DNA from: an uncultured Anaerolineae bacterium
GTDB taxonomy: Bacteria; Chloroflexota; Anaerolineae; Aggregatilineales; UBA3940
Reading direction: 5' to 3'
Assembly: GCA_964603985.1 (NCBI GenBank)
Contig: CAZRXG010000001.1
Coordinates: 170,363-234,362, forward strand
Length of the DNA: 64,000 nucleotides
Part shown: positions 34,917-46,482 of the stretch, piece after piece
Layout: each line of letters opens with the position of its first letter
Numbering within the stretch: the first letter of the stretch is position 1
Translations under genes and position numbers: made by a program
The notes under the pieces: model-generated
Databases searched by the model: none
The model's input: only the letters and a program-made list of their open reading frames with translations
Told to the model about the DNA's origin: nothing

Positions 34917-35527
34917 TGAGCAAAGCGGTTCCTGCGCCGGTCACACGCTTGGTCGACGAGTTCTCGCGCCTGCCGGGGATTGGCCCTAAGACGGCCGCGC
35001 GGTTGACCTACTACCTGCTGCGCACCCCCGACGAGCACGCCCTGGCCCTGGCCGAGGCGCTGCGCGATCTCAAGGCATCGACCAGGCTGTGCTCGATCTG
35101 TTACAACATCACCGAGCAGGATCCCTGCCCGATCTGCTCCGACGAGGAGCGCGACCCGGCGCTGATCTGTGTGGTCGAAGAGCCGCTCGACGTGATCGCC
35201 ATAGAGCGCACGGAGAACTACCACGGGCGCTACCACGTTCTACATGGAGCGATCAACCCGATGGAAGGCATTGGGCCGGATCAACTGCGCATCGTGGAGC
35301 TGGTCGCGCGGGTGGAGGGCGGAGCGGTGCGCGAGGTGATCATGGCTACCAACGTTGGGCTGGAAGGCGACGCCACTGCCATGTACATCCACCGCCAACT
35401 GCGCGACAAGGTGCGCCTGACGCGCCTGGCGCGCGGGCTGCCGGTCGGCGGGGATCTGGAATACGCCGACAGCGTCACCCTGGCGGGGGCGCTCGATGGA
35501 CGCCGGGAGATGCGGGAAGAGGAGTAG
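34913..35527 (+). CDS. recR: recombination protein RecR
   Basis: LPGIGPKTA, CSIC..CPIC, YHVLHG, EG..TA, RLARGLPVGG.LEYAD. Confidence 0.96.
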   Translation: MMSKAVPAPVTRLVDEFSRLPGIGPKTAARLTYYLLRTPDEHALALAEALRDLKASTRLCSICYNITEQDPCPICSDEERDPALICVVEEPLDVIAIERTENYHGRYHVLHGAINPMEGIGPDQLRIVELVARVEGGAVREVIMATNVGLEGDATAMYIHRQLRDKVRLTRLARGLPVGGDLEYADSVTLAGALDGRREMREEE

Positions 35528-35552
35528 CCGATCACTCCAGGCAGAGCGCAAT

Positions 35553-35578
35553 GTCCCGCCGCCGGGCGGGGCTTTTTT
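35553..35578 (+). terminator. intrinsic terminator after recR
   Basis: GTCCCGCC-gccg-GGCGGGGC followed by TTTTTT. Confidence 0.85.
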
Positions 35579-35872
35579 GTTTGCCCGACCGGCCAGAATA
35601 GCTCCCAACTGGCTGTGAGGGGACGGGGGACAGAACCATCAGGCCCCGTGAGAAGCAGGGACACCTGCAATCGGGTGCGATCCGCTCATGAAAGGCCATC
35701 GACAACACAGAATAGTGTTAAAAAGATGCAACAATGAGGAGTGGGATCCCTCCCAGACTAGCACATTTATGGTGAATACGGTAGGATCACCTCAGAAGTG
35801 AAAACGGACAAATTTGGTTGTTGATCTTGGTGGTAGATTTTCCAAAACGGAAGAAGACGGAGGGCTGATCTC

Positions 35873-38368
<2,496 letters not shown>

Positions 38369-38392
38369 GGGCATCCCCTGGTTGAATGACGG

Positions 38393-38421
38393 AGCGGGGT
38401 CGGTATTCGGCCCCGCTTTTT
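38393..38421 (+). terminator. intrinsic terminator after clpC
   Basis: AGCGGGGTCG-gtatt-CGGCCCCGCT followed by TTTT. Confidence 0.85.
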
Positions 38422-38510
38422 GCATAGAATTTCCCTTGTGTCCATTAGCGCTCCTCTCCTGCTCACTCCGGGCCTAGTCACCGTCTTCGCGCCGCGGGCC
38501 TTGCGCGCTT

Positions 38511-38539
38511 TTGACCGCCCCCCGTGCCTGCGCTATAAT
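38511..38539 (+). promoter_or_regulatory. sigma70-type promoter of the rpmH operon
   Basis: TTGACC-N17-TATAAT. Confidence 0.75.
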
Positions 38540-38647
38540 CACGTGATGGTTTAGCCACATGCTTCTGGCTTTCTCTATGTTATGGTACGTCCCCGCCCCG
38601 CTGATCCGGGGCGGATGATTTGTGGACAAACAAGGTGGTGTTGAATA

Positions 38648-38821
38648 ATGCCCAAACGAACTTACCAGCCAAAGAAGCGGCGGCGGGCGCGTGTTCACGG
38701 CTTCCGGCGGCGCATGAAATCGCGTGGCGGGCGCGCCGTGCTGAAGTCGCGCCGGGCCAAGGGCCGCCATAAACTGGCCGTCAGCCCCAACCACGTCAAG
38801 AAGGTCAATTGGAAGTCTTAG
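38648..38821 (+). CDS. rpmH: 50S ribosomal protein L34 (not in ORF track)
   Basis: Manual translation [57 protein letters not shown]. Confidence 0.97.
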   Translation: MPKRTYQPKKRRRARVHGFRRRMKSRGGRAVLKSRRAKGRHKLAVSPNHVKKVNWKS

Positions 38822-38839
38822 CCTACGCTGGCCCGGGCG

Positions 38840-39193
38840 ATGCTTCCCCGCCACCTGCGTTTGAGGCGTTCGCAGGACTTCGCAGCCATCCGGCGGCATG
38901 GCAGGCACTGGCGAGAAGACCTGTTGATCCTGGGCGTTTTACCCAACCGGCTCCCGTATAGCCGGGTTGGGCTTGTCGTCAGCAAACGAGTCGGCAAAGC
39001 CGCGGCCCGCAATCTGGTCAGGCGTCGTCTGCGTGAAGTCGTCCGCCGGTGGCTACCCCGGATGCAAAAAGGGTATGATGCAGTCATTGTCGCCCGGTCA
39101 GCGGCGTCTGAGGCTACCTATCACGAGTTGGAAGCCGGGTTGGGGGAATTGCTCAGAAACGCGTGTTTGGCGGTGGACGAAGAAGAACACTAG
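38840..39193 (+). CDS. rnpA: ribonuclease P protein component
   Basis: [29 protein letters not shown]; follows rpmH. Confidence 0.95.
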   Translation: MLPRHLRLRRSQDFAAIRRHGRHWREDLLILGVLPNRLPYSRVGLVVSKRVGKAAARNLVRRRLREVVRRWLPRMQKGYDAVIVARSAASEATYHELEAGLGELLRNACLAVDEEEH

Positions 39194-39194
39194 C

Positions 39195-39419
39195 ATGAAG
39201 TACGTTGCTATGGGGCTTATCCGCCTTTACCAGTTGACATTCTCCCGGATCCTGCCGTCCTCCTGCCGCTTCACGCCTTCGTGCTCGCAGTACGGCTACG
39301 AGGCGATCAAACGGTTCGGCTTCTTTAAGGGAGGCTGGCTGGCCGCCAAGCGGGTATCACGCTGCCATCCCTTTAATCCCGGTGGTTACGACCCTGTTCC
39401 TGAGGAGTTTCATTTTTGA
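39195..39419 (+). CDS. yidD: membrane protein insertion efficiency factor YidD
   Basis: [32 protein letters not shown]. Confidence 0.95.
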   Translation: MKYVAMGLIRLYQLTFSRILPSSCRFTPSCSQYGYEAIKRFGFFKGGWLAAKRVSRCHPFNPGGYDPVPEEFHF

Positions 39420-40780
39420 TCGCAAAAAAGTTACGGCTGTGGCAGATTAGCCTTTTGCTGCTTGTGCTGTCTGTGCTGTTGGCTGGCTGTGGTAGCTCGT
39501 CGAGCCGCGCCATTATGACAGGGGCAAGCTGGCCCGGCATTACCGTTCACGACGATACGATCTATATGGCCTTCGAGTCGGGGGTATACGCCATCGATCC
39601 TGAGACGAGCGAGGCGGCCTGGGTATTTTCACCCTCTTCCGGACGCCGGGGATTCTTCTCCGGCCCCGCGCAGACTTTCTTCGCTCCCCCTGCCGCCGCC
39701 GATGAGCTTGTCGTCGTGGCCGACTATATCAATTCACTCTATGCCCTCGACCCCGCTACCGGACGTGGGAAGTGGTCTTTCAAGAGCGACCACCGCTTCA
39801 TCGGCGGTGCCGCGATGGATGAGAGCTACGTCTACGCCGGGACGGTGAACGGAGTCCTGCACGCGTTGGATCGTGACAGCGGCGAGGAGGTCTGGACGTT
39901 CTCAGCCGAGCGTGACATCTGGTCGACGCCCTTGTTGGCGGACGGCACGCTCTATATGACATCGCTGGATCGCCACATCTACGCCATCGACGCGGCCAGC
40001 GGTGGCCTGCTGTGGAAGTTCCCTGCAGCGGCGGGTGACGAAGGCGACCCACCTATGGGCGGTGTCGTCGGCACGCCCACCCTGTACGAAGGCGTGCTCT
40101 ACTTCGGCAGTCTGAACAACCACATCTATGCGCTGGACATCGAGGCACAGGACGTACTCTGGAAGTACGAAACGAGTAACTGGGTGTGGAGCAGTCCGGT
40201 CGTCGACGAGGAGTCCAACTCGGTGGTCGGCGGTGATCTGGACGGCCACATCTTCGCCCTGGACAGGGAGAGCGGCAGGGAGCGGTGGGCTTTTGAGGCC
40301 GATGGGCCAGTTGTCGGTGCGCCGGTGATCGGCGAGCTTGCCGACGGAACCCGGGCCGTTTATGCGACTTCCGGTGTCTTTAACCCCGGCGACTCCAACC
40401 TGTATATACTGGATGTTGAGGACGGCAGCGAGACCCGGTCTCCCGCCTCGATCAAGGCGGAGTTCACGACGCGCTTCCTCTTTATCACAACCGGCGCAGA
40501 TCTGCGTACCGTCCCGGTTTACGCCCCGCCGGTGCTCTATGAGGACTTGCTTCTGGTTGGAGAACATCAGAGCGAGAACCCGCTCCATGCGCTGGACCGC
40601 GAAACTCTGGTTGAGCGATGGGAGTTCTCTCCCACGGGGCAACAGCAGCAGCAGGCAGCACAATCAGAGGAAGAGCAGCAGACCCAATCGCCGCTCCAAT
40701 TCTTCATGATCTGGGTTCTGCCGTTCGTGGTTATGTTCCTCGTGCTCTCGCTCCTTCAGGGCCGTCGCGCCGAACGCTGA
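39416..40780 (+). CDS. PQQ-like (BamB-type) beta-propeller lipoprotein with C-terminal TM helix
   Basis: TTG overlaps yidD stop; lipobox LAGC (Cys25); repeated YALD..G..W.F blades; Gln-rich linker then [19 protein letters not shown]. Confidence 0.85.
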   Translation: MIAKKLRLWQISLLLLVLSVLLAGCGSSSSRAIMTGASWPGITVHDDTIYMAFESGVYAIDPETSEAAWVFSPSSGRRGFFSGPAQTFFAPPAAADELVVVADYINSLYALDPATGRGKWSFKSDHRFIGGAAMDESYVYAGTVNGVLHALDRDSGEEVWTFSAERDIWSTPLLADGTLYMTSLDRHIYAIDAASGGLLWKFPAAAGDEGDPPMGGVVGTPTLYEGVLYFGSLNNHIYALDIEAQDVLWKYETSNWVWSSPVVDEESNSVVGGDLDGHIFALDRESGRERWAFEADGPVVGAPVIGELADGTRAVYATSGVFNPGDSNLYILDVEDGSETRSPASIKAEFTTRFLFITTGADLRTVPVYAPPVLYEDLLLVGEHQSENPLHALDRETLVERWEFSPTGQQQQQAAQSEEEQQTQSPLQFFMIWVLPFVVMFLVLSLLQGRRAER

Positions 40781-40804
40781 CACTGGAAAGAGGCTGACCC
40801 AACT

Positions 40805-41656
40805 ATGTGGGATTTATTACTCCTAGACCCGATGATCAATGGCCTGATCTGGTTTTACGGCTTTCTGGGCAACAGCTACATTCTTGCCATCCTGATCGCG
40901 ACGGCGCTGACTCGTCTGATCGTTTTCCCGTTGACGTGGCAACAGCAGAAGTCGTCTCTGGCTATGCAGGAGTTGCAGCCGGAGCTGATGAAGCTCCGCG
41001 AGAAGTACAAAGACGACATGGAGACCCAGCAGCGTAAGCAGATGGAGCTTTACCGCGAGAAGGGGGTCAGCCCCCTGGGCGGTTGTCTGCCCACGCTGAT
41101 CCAGTTCCCAATCCTGATCGCTTACTACCAGGCTATCATGCGGTCCCTCGCGGCCTCGCCGCTCCAACTGGTTGAGCTTTCCCAGCATCTCTACAAGAAC
41201 ATCCCCGCGTGGTTACCCAACGCCCAATCGCTCATTCCGCTGAATAACCGCTTCTTGTGGCTCAACCTGGCTGCGCCGGATCCATACTACATCCTGCCTG
41301 TGCTGGTCGTCGTTTCGACCTTCGTGCAGCAAAAGCTACTGACCCCACCGTCCAGCGGCGGCGATCAGCAGGCTGCCATGACACGCTCTATGCAGCTCTT
41401 CATGCCGTTCTTCATTGGCCTGATATCGCTGAACTTCCCTTCCGGGCTGTCGATTTACTGGGTCGTCTCCAACATCATCGGCTTCGTCCAATACGCGGCG
41501 ATGGGCCGGGCCAGTCTGAAAAACCTGTTTGGCACCGAGGATGGCCGCTTCAGCCTGCCGGGCCTGCTTGGCCTCCCGGTCCCGGAGAGCGCCTCGCCGA
41601 AGGGGAGAAGCAGAGCCGGAAGCCGGAGCAAGAGCGGGAGCCGGAAGCGGCGATAA
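40805..41656 (+). CDS. yidC: membrane protein insertase YidC (short form lacking the P1 domain)
   Basis: MQELQPEL.KLREKY, GGCLP.LIQFPI, FLWLNL..PDP.YILP, PSGL.IYW..SN. Confidence 0.95.
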   Translation: MWDLLLLDPMINGLIWFYGFLGNSYILAILIATALTRLIVFPLTWQQQKSSLAMQELQPELMKLREKYKDDMETQQRKQMELYREKGVSPLGGCLPTLIQFPILIAYYQAIMRSLAASPLQLVELSQHLYKNIPAWLPNAQSLIPLNNRFLWLNLAAPDPYYILPVLVVVSTFVQQKLLTPPSSGGDQQAAMTRSMQLFMPFFIGLISLNFPSGLSIYWVVSNIIGFVQYAAMGRASLKNLFGTEDGRFSLPGLLGLPVPESASPKGRSRAGSRSKSGSRKRR

Positions 41657-41708
41657 GTAGCGGTTTTCCCGGCGTATATTGCCGGATAGACGAATGTGAG
41701 GTCATTGT

Positions 41709-42431
41709 ATGAGTGATAGCGAGCATACACAGCCCATTGACGTAACCGGGCCGACTCTTGAGGAAGCAATCGAAGAGGGGCTATCGCAGCTTGGGCTGAC
41801 ACGCACCGAGGTGATCATCGAGATCATCGAAGAAGGTGGCAAGGGGATGCTCGGCCTGGGCGGGGCACGCGAGGCACTGGTCAGGCTGACGCCCCTGCGT
41901 CCTCCCCAGCCCTCCCCCCTGCCCCTGGCTCCAGACGAGGATGGTGGTGAAGAAGATGCAAGAATTGGCCTTGAGATCCTGGAAGAGCTCCTGAGCTACA
42001 TGCAGATCGAGGCCACCATCGACACCTACCGCGCTGAGCCTTCCGAAGCCGATGAGGATACCCCCTGGATCCTGGATATCAAAGGGCCTGACCTGGGCAT
42101 CTTGATCGGCCGTCGTGGAGAGACGCTCGACGCCTTGCAGTACGTCACCCGCCTGATTATCAGCCGGGAGTTGCAGCGTCGCGCCAACATCGTTCTCGAT
42201 GTCGAAGGCTACAAAGCCCGCCGCGAAACTACTCTGCGTCGGCTGGCGGAGCGGATGGCCGCTCAGGCCCGCAAGCTCGGCCGTACCATGACGCTCGAAC
42301 CGATGCCGCCCAACGAGCGGCGGGTTATCCACATCGCCCTGCGCGATGATGACACCGTAACCACCGAGAGCGTGGGAGTCGGAGACCGGCGCAAGGTGAC
42401 GATTATTCCGGTCGGCGGCCAGTATCGTTAA
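41709..42431 (+). CDS. jag: Jag/EloR/KhpB RNA-binding protein
   Basis: Jag-N, KH LIGRRGETLDALQ, R3H PMPPNERRVIH. Confidence 0.94.
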   Translation: MSDSEHTQPIDVTGPTLEEAIEEGLSQLGLTRTEVIIEIIEEGGKGMLGLGGAREALVRLTPLRPPQPSPLPLAPDEDGGEEDARIGLEILEELLSYMQIEATIDTYRAEPSEADEDTPWILDIKGPDLGILIGRRGETLDALQYVTRLIISRELQRRANIVLDVEGYKARRETTLRRLAERMAAQARKLGRTMTLEPMPPNERRVIHIALRDDDTVTTESVGVGDRRKVTIIPVGGQYR

Positions 42432-42457
42432 CGCGCCGACAGCAATACCGAACGCTC

Positions 42458-42486
42458 GAGCAGGGGTGCACATTGCGCCCCTGCTC
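42458..42486 (+). terminator. terminator-like hairpin after jag
   Basis: GAGCAGGGGTGC-acatt-GCGCCCCTGCTC followed by TGTTTGT. Confidence 0.65.
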
Positions 42487-42526
42487 TGTTTGTCTATGCT
42501 AAAATAGCTGCCGGGGGGACCGAGTT

Positions 42527-43357
42527 GTGACTGTCGATTATCTGGTCATCGGCCACGTCAGCAGAGATCTGACCGGCAGCGGCCCGATGCTGGGCGGCAC
42601 CGTCTCCTATAGCGCCCTCACCGCGCGGGCGCTCGGACGGCGCGCCGCCATCCTCACCAGCGCCCCGGATGACATGCTGCCGCTGCTCAAGCCCCTGGAG
42701 GCCGTGCCGTGCGTCCGGGTCCCCTCCGCCAATCCGACCTCGTTTGAGTTGGCCTACACACCGGAGGGCCGTGTCCTGCGGCTTGTACACCGCGCTGCAC
42801 CGCTCGATTTCGAACACCTGCCTCCCGGCTGGCGCTCCCCCGCCGTCGTGCAGCTCTCTCCTATCGCGGACGAGGTCGCGCCGTCGCTGGCAAGCCGCTT
42901 CTCCGGCGCGCTTGTGACCGTCACACCCCAGGGCTGGATGCGCCGTTGGGACGATGCCGGACGTGTTTCCCGGATGCCCTGGGCCAGCGCCTCGGAGGTG
43001 CTTCCCAACGTGCGGGCCGTCGTGTTGAGCGTCGACGACATCGGAGGGGACGAGGCACTCGCCCGCCGGTACGCCGCGCAGGTCGCGGTTCTGGCATTAA
43101 CGCGCGGGCCGGACGACATCACACTTTACGTGGGCAGCCGGCCACACCCCATCCCTGTCCCGGCAGTCGAGGTGCGCGACGAGACCGGGGCCGGGGACAT
43201 CTTCGCCGCTGCGTTCTCCATCCACCTGGAGGCGACCGGCGATCCCTTCACGGCAGCGCGCTTCGCGGTTGCCATCGCCAGTGCCTCGGTGACACAGGTC
43301 GGCGTGGACAGTATTCCCGACGCGGCGACAATCGAAAAAGCCCTGGCGAGTCTGTGA
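42527..43357 (+). CDS. PfkB family carbohydrate kinase
   Basis: IGHV..D, GGTV.YS, DETGAGDIFAAAF. Confidence 0.88.
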   Translation: MTVDYLVIGHVSRDLTGSGPMLGGTVSYSALTARALGRRAAILTSAPDDMLPLLKPLEAVPCVRVPSANPTSFELAYTPEGRVLRLVHRAAPLDFEHLPPGWRSPAVVQLSPIADEVAPSLASRFSGALVTVTPQGWMRRWDDAGRVSRMPWASASEVLPNVRAVVLSVDDIGGDEALARRYAAQVAVLALTRGPDDITLYVGSRPHPIPVPAVEVRDETGAGDIFAAAFSIHLEATGDPFTAARFAVAIASASVTQVGVDSIPDAATIEKALASL

Positions 43358-43367
43358 GCCGGGCCGT

Positions 43368-44858
43368 TCACTCCGGCGCAAGCCCTGCCTCGGAGCGGGT
43401 GATGTTCCTGACGTGCCGCCAGCGCCCCACCAGCAGCACCAGTATGAGGCATAGCGCTTCACCGGCCCATAGCAGGGGAAGGTTCGGGGCGTTGCGGAAG
43501 ACCGTTCCCAACAACGTGGCGATATTGTCCGGTGGTGTCGCGAGGGGGCGTAGCTGGCTCAAGTCAAGGTTGTAGTTCCACGAAAAGGCGATGTGCATGA
43601 ACTGGTTACGCACCGAGAGGAACAGCAGCCCAAAGAACAGCAGCGACCGGCCCAGGTGCACCAGATCATTCTTGCTGGCAGCGTAATACCGGTCCAGCCA
43701 GAAGGCCAGCGGCACAAACCACAGCCCAACGAACGTCGTCAGGTAGCGCCCGTCGTTGGTCAGCGGGTTGTACGTCGTGCTCTTGGAGAAGATCAACAGG
43801 TACACGACAAACAGGCCCATGATCAGCGCAAAGTGGCGGCGCGAGTACCGGAAGAACGGCACCAGCCCCAGCAGCGCCAACAGTGTGACCGGGGCCAGCA
43901 GGAAAAGCCCCTGGTTATCGTTGCTGCTGTAGAACAGCATCCCCGGCAGACCCTCGCTCAGCGGCGTGGCGAAGTCGGCGGCCAGGCCCGCGTTCTGGGG
44001 CCAACGTTCGGTGTCTGCGTGGAAGGTTGATACCTCGAACAGCCCGCCGAAGTTGATCGCGTTGTAGATAAGCAGGAAGGCAACCGGGATCAGCCCGCCG
44101 ATCACCAGGGCCGCCAGGCTGCGCAGCCAGTTGGGGCGCGTCTCAGGAGAGGCCAGCCCCGCTTTAGCCGCGCGCCAGAACGCAAAGACGAGGTAAAGCC
44201 CGGTGATGGCCGAGAAGGGTATGTGTGTGTATTCGACCAGCGGGGCGAACCCCAGCGCGAATCCCAGCGCAAAAGCCGACGGCCATCGCAGCCCGCCTTC
44301 ATGGTCAGCCTTCAATACCAGGTACAGCGCCAGCCATACGACCAGTGCCGCCTGCGCGTGCGAGTACAGCACGCTGCCGTATTTCCAGGTGGTGGTGCCC
44401 AACGCCAGCGCCAGGCTGGCCGTGACCGCCCCCATCTGCGAGATCGAGAAGTACCGGCGCAGCGCCAGGTAAAACAGGACGATTGCGGTGCTGGCCGCCA
44501 GCGGGGCGGTTGCGACTGCGTAGAGCATGCGCGGGTTTCCGGCGTCGTGCCTGGAGGGCAAATCTACCGGTGGCTGCGGGCCGATCTCCGACAGCGCGTA
44601 CAGCGGGGCGGCCAGCAAAGCTGTGCCCGGCGGGCGGTCGCTGAAGTTCAGGTCGCCGTTGAGGGCGTAATCCTGGTATTCGGTGAACGCCATGTAGGGC
44701 GAGATCTCAAAGCTGCGGCGCTCCACCAGCGCCCGAACCAATGCGTAGTGACTGCCGTCGTTGCTCGATGTCACGCCCGTGATGGTTGCGAAGTAGATCG
44801 ACGAGATGACGGCGAATAAGGCTAAAGCGATGCGTTTATCTTGATCCGGCAGCGGCAT
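43368..44858 (-). CDS. polytopic membrane protein, probable GT-C fold glycosyltransferase
   Basis: First loop SSND.SH..L..AL, SDRPPGTALL, many TM helices, DGRYL; ATG at 44858 preferred. Confidence 0.65.
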   Translation of the reverse strand: MPLPDQDKRIALALFAVISSIYFATITGVTSSNDGSHYALVRALVERRSFEISPYMAFTEYQDYALNGDLNFSDRPPGTALLAAPLYALSEIGPQPPVDLPSRHDAGNPRMLYAVATAPLAASTAIVLFYLALRRYFSISQMGAVTASLALALGTTTWKYGSVLYSHAQAALVVWLALYLVLKADHEGGLRWPSAFALGFALGFAPLVEYTHIPFSAITGLYLVFAFWRAAKAGLASPETRPNWLRSLAALVIGGLIPVAFLLIYNAINFGGLFEVSTFHADTERWPQNAGLAADFATPLSEGLPGMLFYSSNDNQGLFLLAPVTLLALLGLVPFFRYSRRHFALIMGLFVVYLLIFSKSTTYNPLTNDGRYLTTFVGLWFVPLAFWLDRYYAASKNDLVHLGRSLLFFGLLFLSVRNQFMHIAFSWNYNLDLSQLRPLATPPDNIATLLGTVFRNAPNLPLLWAGEALCLILVLLVGRWRHVRNITRSEAGLAPE

Positions 44859-45010
44859 AAAAAATCGATCCGTTTGCAAGCTATGACCTTCAACAGGGCG
44901 CGGACATTCTACACCAACAGGCCCGGCCTGCCCACAGAGCAAAGGACGCCCTGCCATTACGCAGAGCGTCCTTTGTGGCTCATCTGGTCGCTTTGAGCAG
45001 TGTCTTGCTG

Positions 45011-46186
45011 CTACTCCTCCAGCCGGATCATCCGGTAGATCGCGGCAAGGTCGCTGAAGTAGATGAAGCCGTCTGGCCCGGTCGTGATGGACGCCGCGCA
45101 GCGGGCATAACCGGTGTCAAGCGCACGCGCGCCGAGCACCGACACGCCGTCCTCGGCCAGCTTCACCCGGTACACCTTCCCGAAGTTGTAGGCACAGAAG
45201 AACATATCGTATTTCCACTCCGGGAAGACATCGCCCGTGTAGAACATGATACTGGTCGGTGAGATGGGCGGCGTGTAGTACAGGACCGGTGGGATGAAGC
45301 GCTCCGGGTAGTCATCGGGTAAGTTGTTGTCCTCGCACAGCCCGTCGACGCGCCAGCCGTGGTCGCCGCCGGGAACCACCAGGTCGATCTCGTCGTCACA
45401 ATCCGGCCCGTTGTCCGTTGCGTACATCTGGCCCGTAAGGGGGTGGAACGTGAAGCCGTAGACGTTGCGGAACCCGTATGCCCAGATCGTCGAGCCGGGC
45501 CGGAGGCTGTCCTCCGGGATCCCTGTGGGGATGGTCGGCGTCATGCGGTGGATCTTGCCGTGCGGCGCGTCCCGGTCGACGACCAGCAGGATGTTGTTGG
45601 TCGATCCCGGCGAGACGTACAGCATGCCATCCGGCCCAAAGCCGATCTCGCCGCCGTTCAGGATCGTCGACTCGGTGAATCCATCTTTGATCTCCCAGGC
45701 GACCTGAACGTCGCTTCCCTTGCCGTTGTTCTCTGTGATGCGCACCAGGCGGTGCCATACCTCACCTGGGCGCTCGTTGTCCGGGTCAGACCAGGTATGG
45801 TAGAGCCAGATGTGGTGGTTTGTTTCATAGTCGGGGTCCAGCGCGATGCCCAATAGTCCCTGTTCGCCTTCCTCATCTGTGGGAAGCTCGATCACCGGTT
45901 CCGGCTGTAGATCCCCTTCCGGTGAGACAACTCGCAGCGCACCGCCCTTCTCCGTGACGAACAGACGGCCATCTGGTGCCCAGGCCATCCGCGTTGGGAA
46001 GTTGATCCCCGCCACGTACAGCTCGGCGTGATAGGGGATGACCTCCACCTGGAGCAGAGGGAACGGCTCCTGAGGCCCAAGCGGTATGCCTTCTGGCGTG
46101 GGTTGGGCTTTCCCACCGCACGCGGTCAGGAGAAGCGCAATGCCGATCAAAGCGAGCAAGGGCCTATAAGAGGTCCAGCATTTCAT
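45011..46186 (-). CDS. PQQ-dependent sugar/sorbosone dehydrogenase family lipoprotein
   Basis: Lipobox LTAC; P..MAWAPDGRLFVTEKGG, GEQGLLGIALDP, FGPDG.LY, AYGFRN, DNGP..DEI. Confidence 0.88.
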   Translation of the reverse strand: MKCWTSYRPLLALIGIALLLTACGGKAQPTPEGIPLGPQEPFPLLQVEVIPYHAELYVAGINFPTRMAWAPDGRLFVTEKGGALRVVSPEGDLQPEPVIELPTDEEGEQGLLGIALDPDYETNHHIWLYHTWSDPDNERPGEVWHRLVRITENNGKGSDVQVAWEIKDGFTESTILNGGEIGFGPDGMLYVSPGSTNNILLVVDRDAPHGKIHRMTPTIPTGIPEDSLRPGSTIWAYGFRNVYGFTFHPLTGQMYATDNGPDCDDEIDLVVPGGDHGWRVDGLCEDNNLPDDYPERFIPPVLYYTPPISPTSIMFYTGDVFPEWKYDMFFCAYNFGKVYRVKLAEDGVSVLGARALDTGYARCAASITTGPDGFIYFSDLAAIYRMIRLEE

Positions 46187-46391
46187 AGTAGATTCCTCTC
46201 TTACGGTTGCTCAACTGGCAGTCACCTGCCAAAACGCCGGGGAGTATAGCACACGATGGGAGTAAATTCGAGGGGTTTCGCTGCTTGCCCGCTTGCCTGC
46301 ACGAGACATTTGGCCCTCGTAGTTCAGCTTCTCGGAGTTGGGAACTGATAGAGACCGGGATATTTGTCCACATTGCACCAGCAGTTCGCTA

Positions 46392-46420
46392 TTGACACGG
46401 TCAAAAAAACATGATAGGCT
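46392..46420 (+). promoter_or_regulatory. sigma70-type promoter of the lacI-family gene
   Basis: TTGACA-N17-TAGGCT. Confidence 0.7.
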
Positions 46421-46421
46421 G

Positions 46422-46449
46422 TGTACAACGTTGTATACAACGTTGTACA
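46422..46449. promoter_or_regulatory. tandem LacI-family operator (perfect 28-bp palindrome)
   Basis: TG-TACAACGTTGTA-TACAACGTTGTA-CA, immediately downstream of the -10 box. Confidence 0.8.
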
Positions 46450-46482
46450 TTCACCGTATCCCTTTTCTCTGCAGGTCTACTA

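Noticed and set aside
35700-35872. CIRCE or CtsR site upstream of clpC
   Set aside because: Only a partial CTAGCAC half-site with no matching second arm; AACAC-N6-GTGTT does not fit the known boxes.
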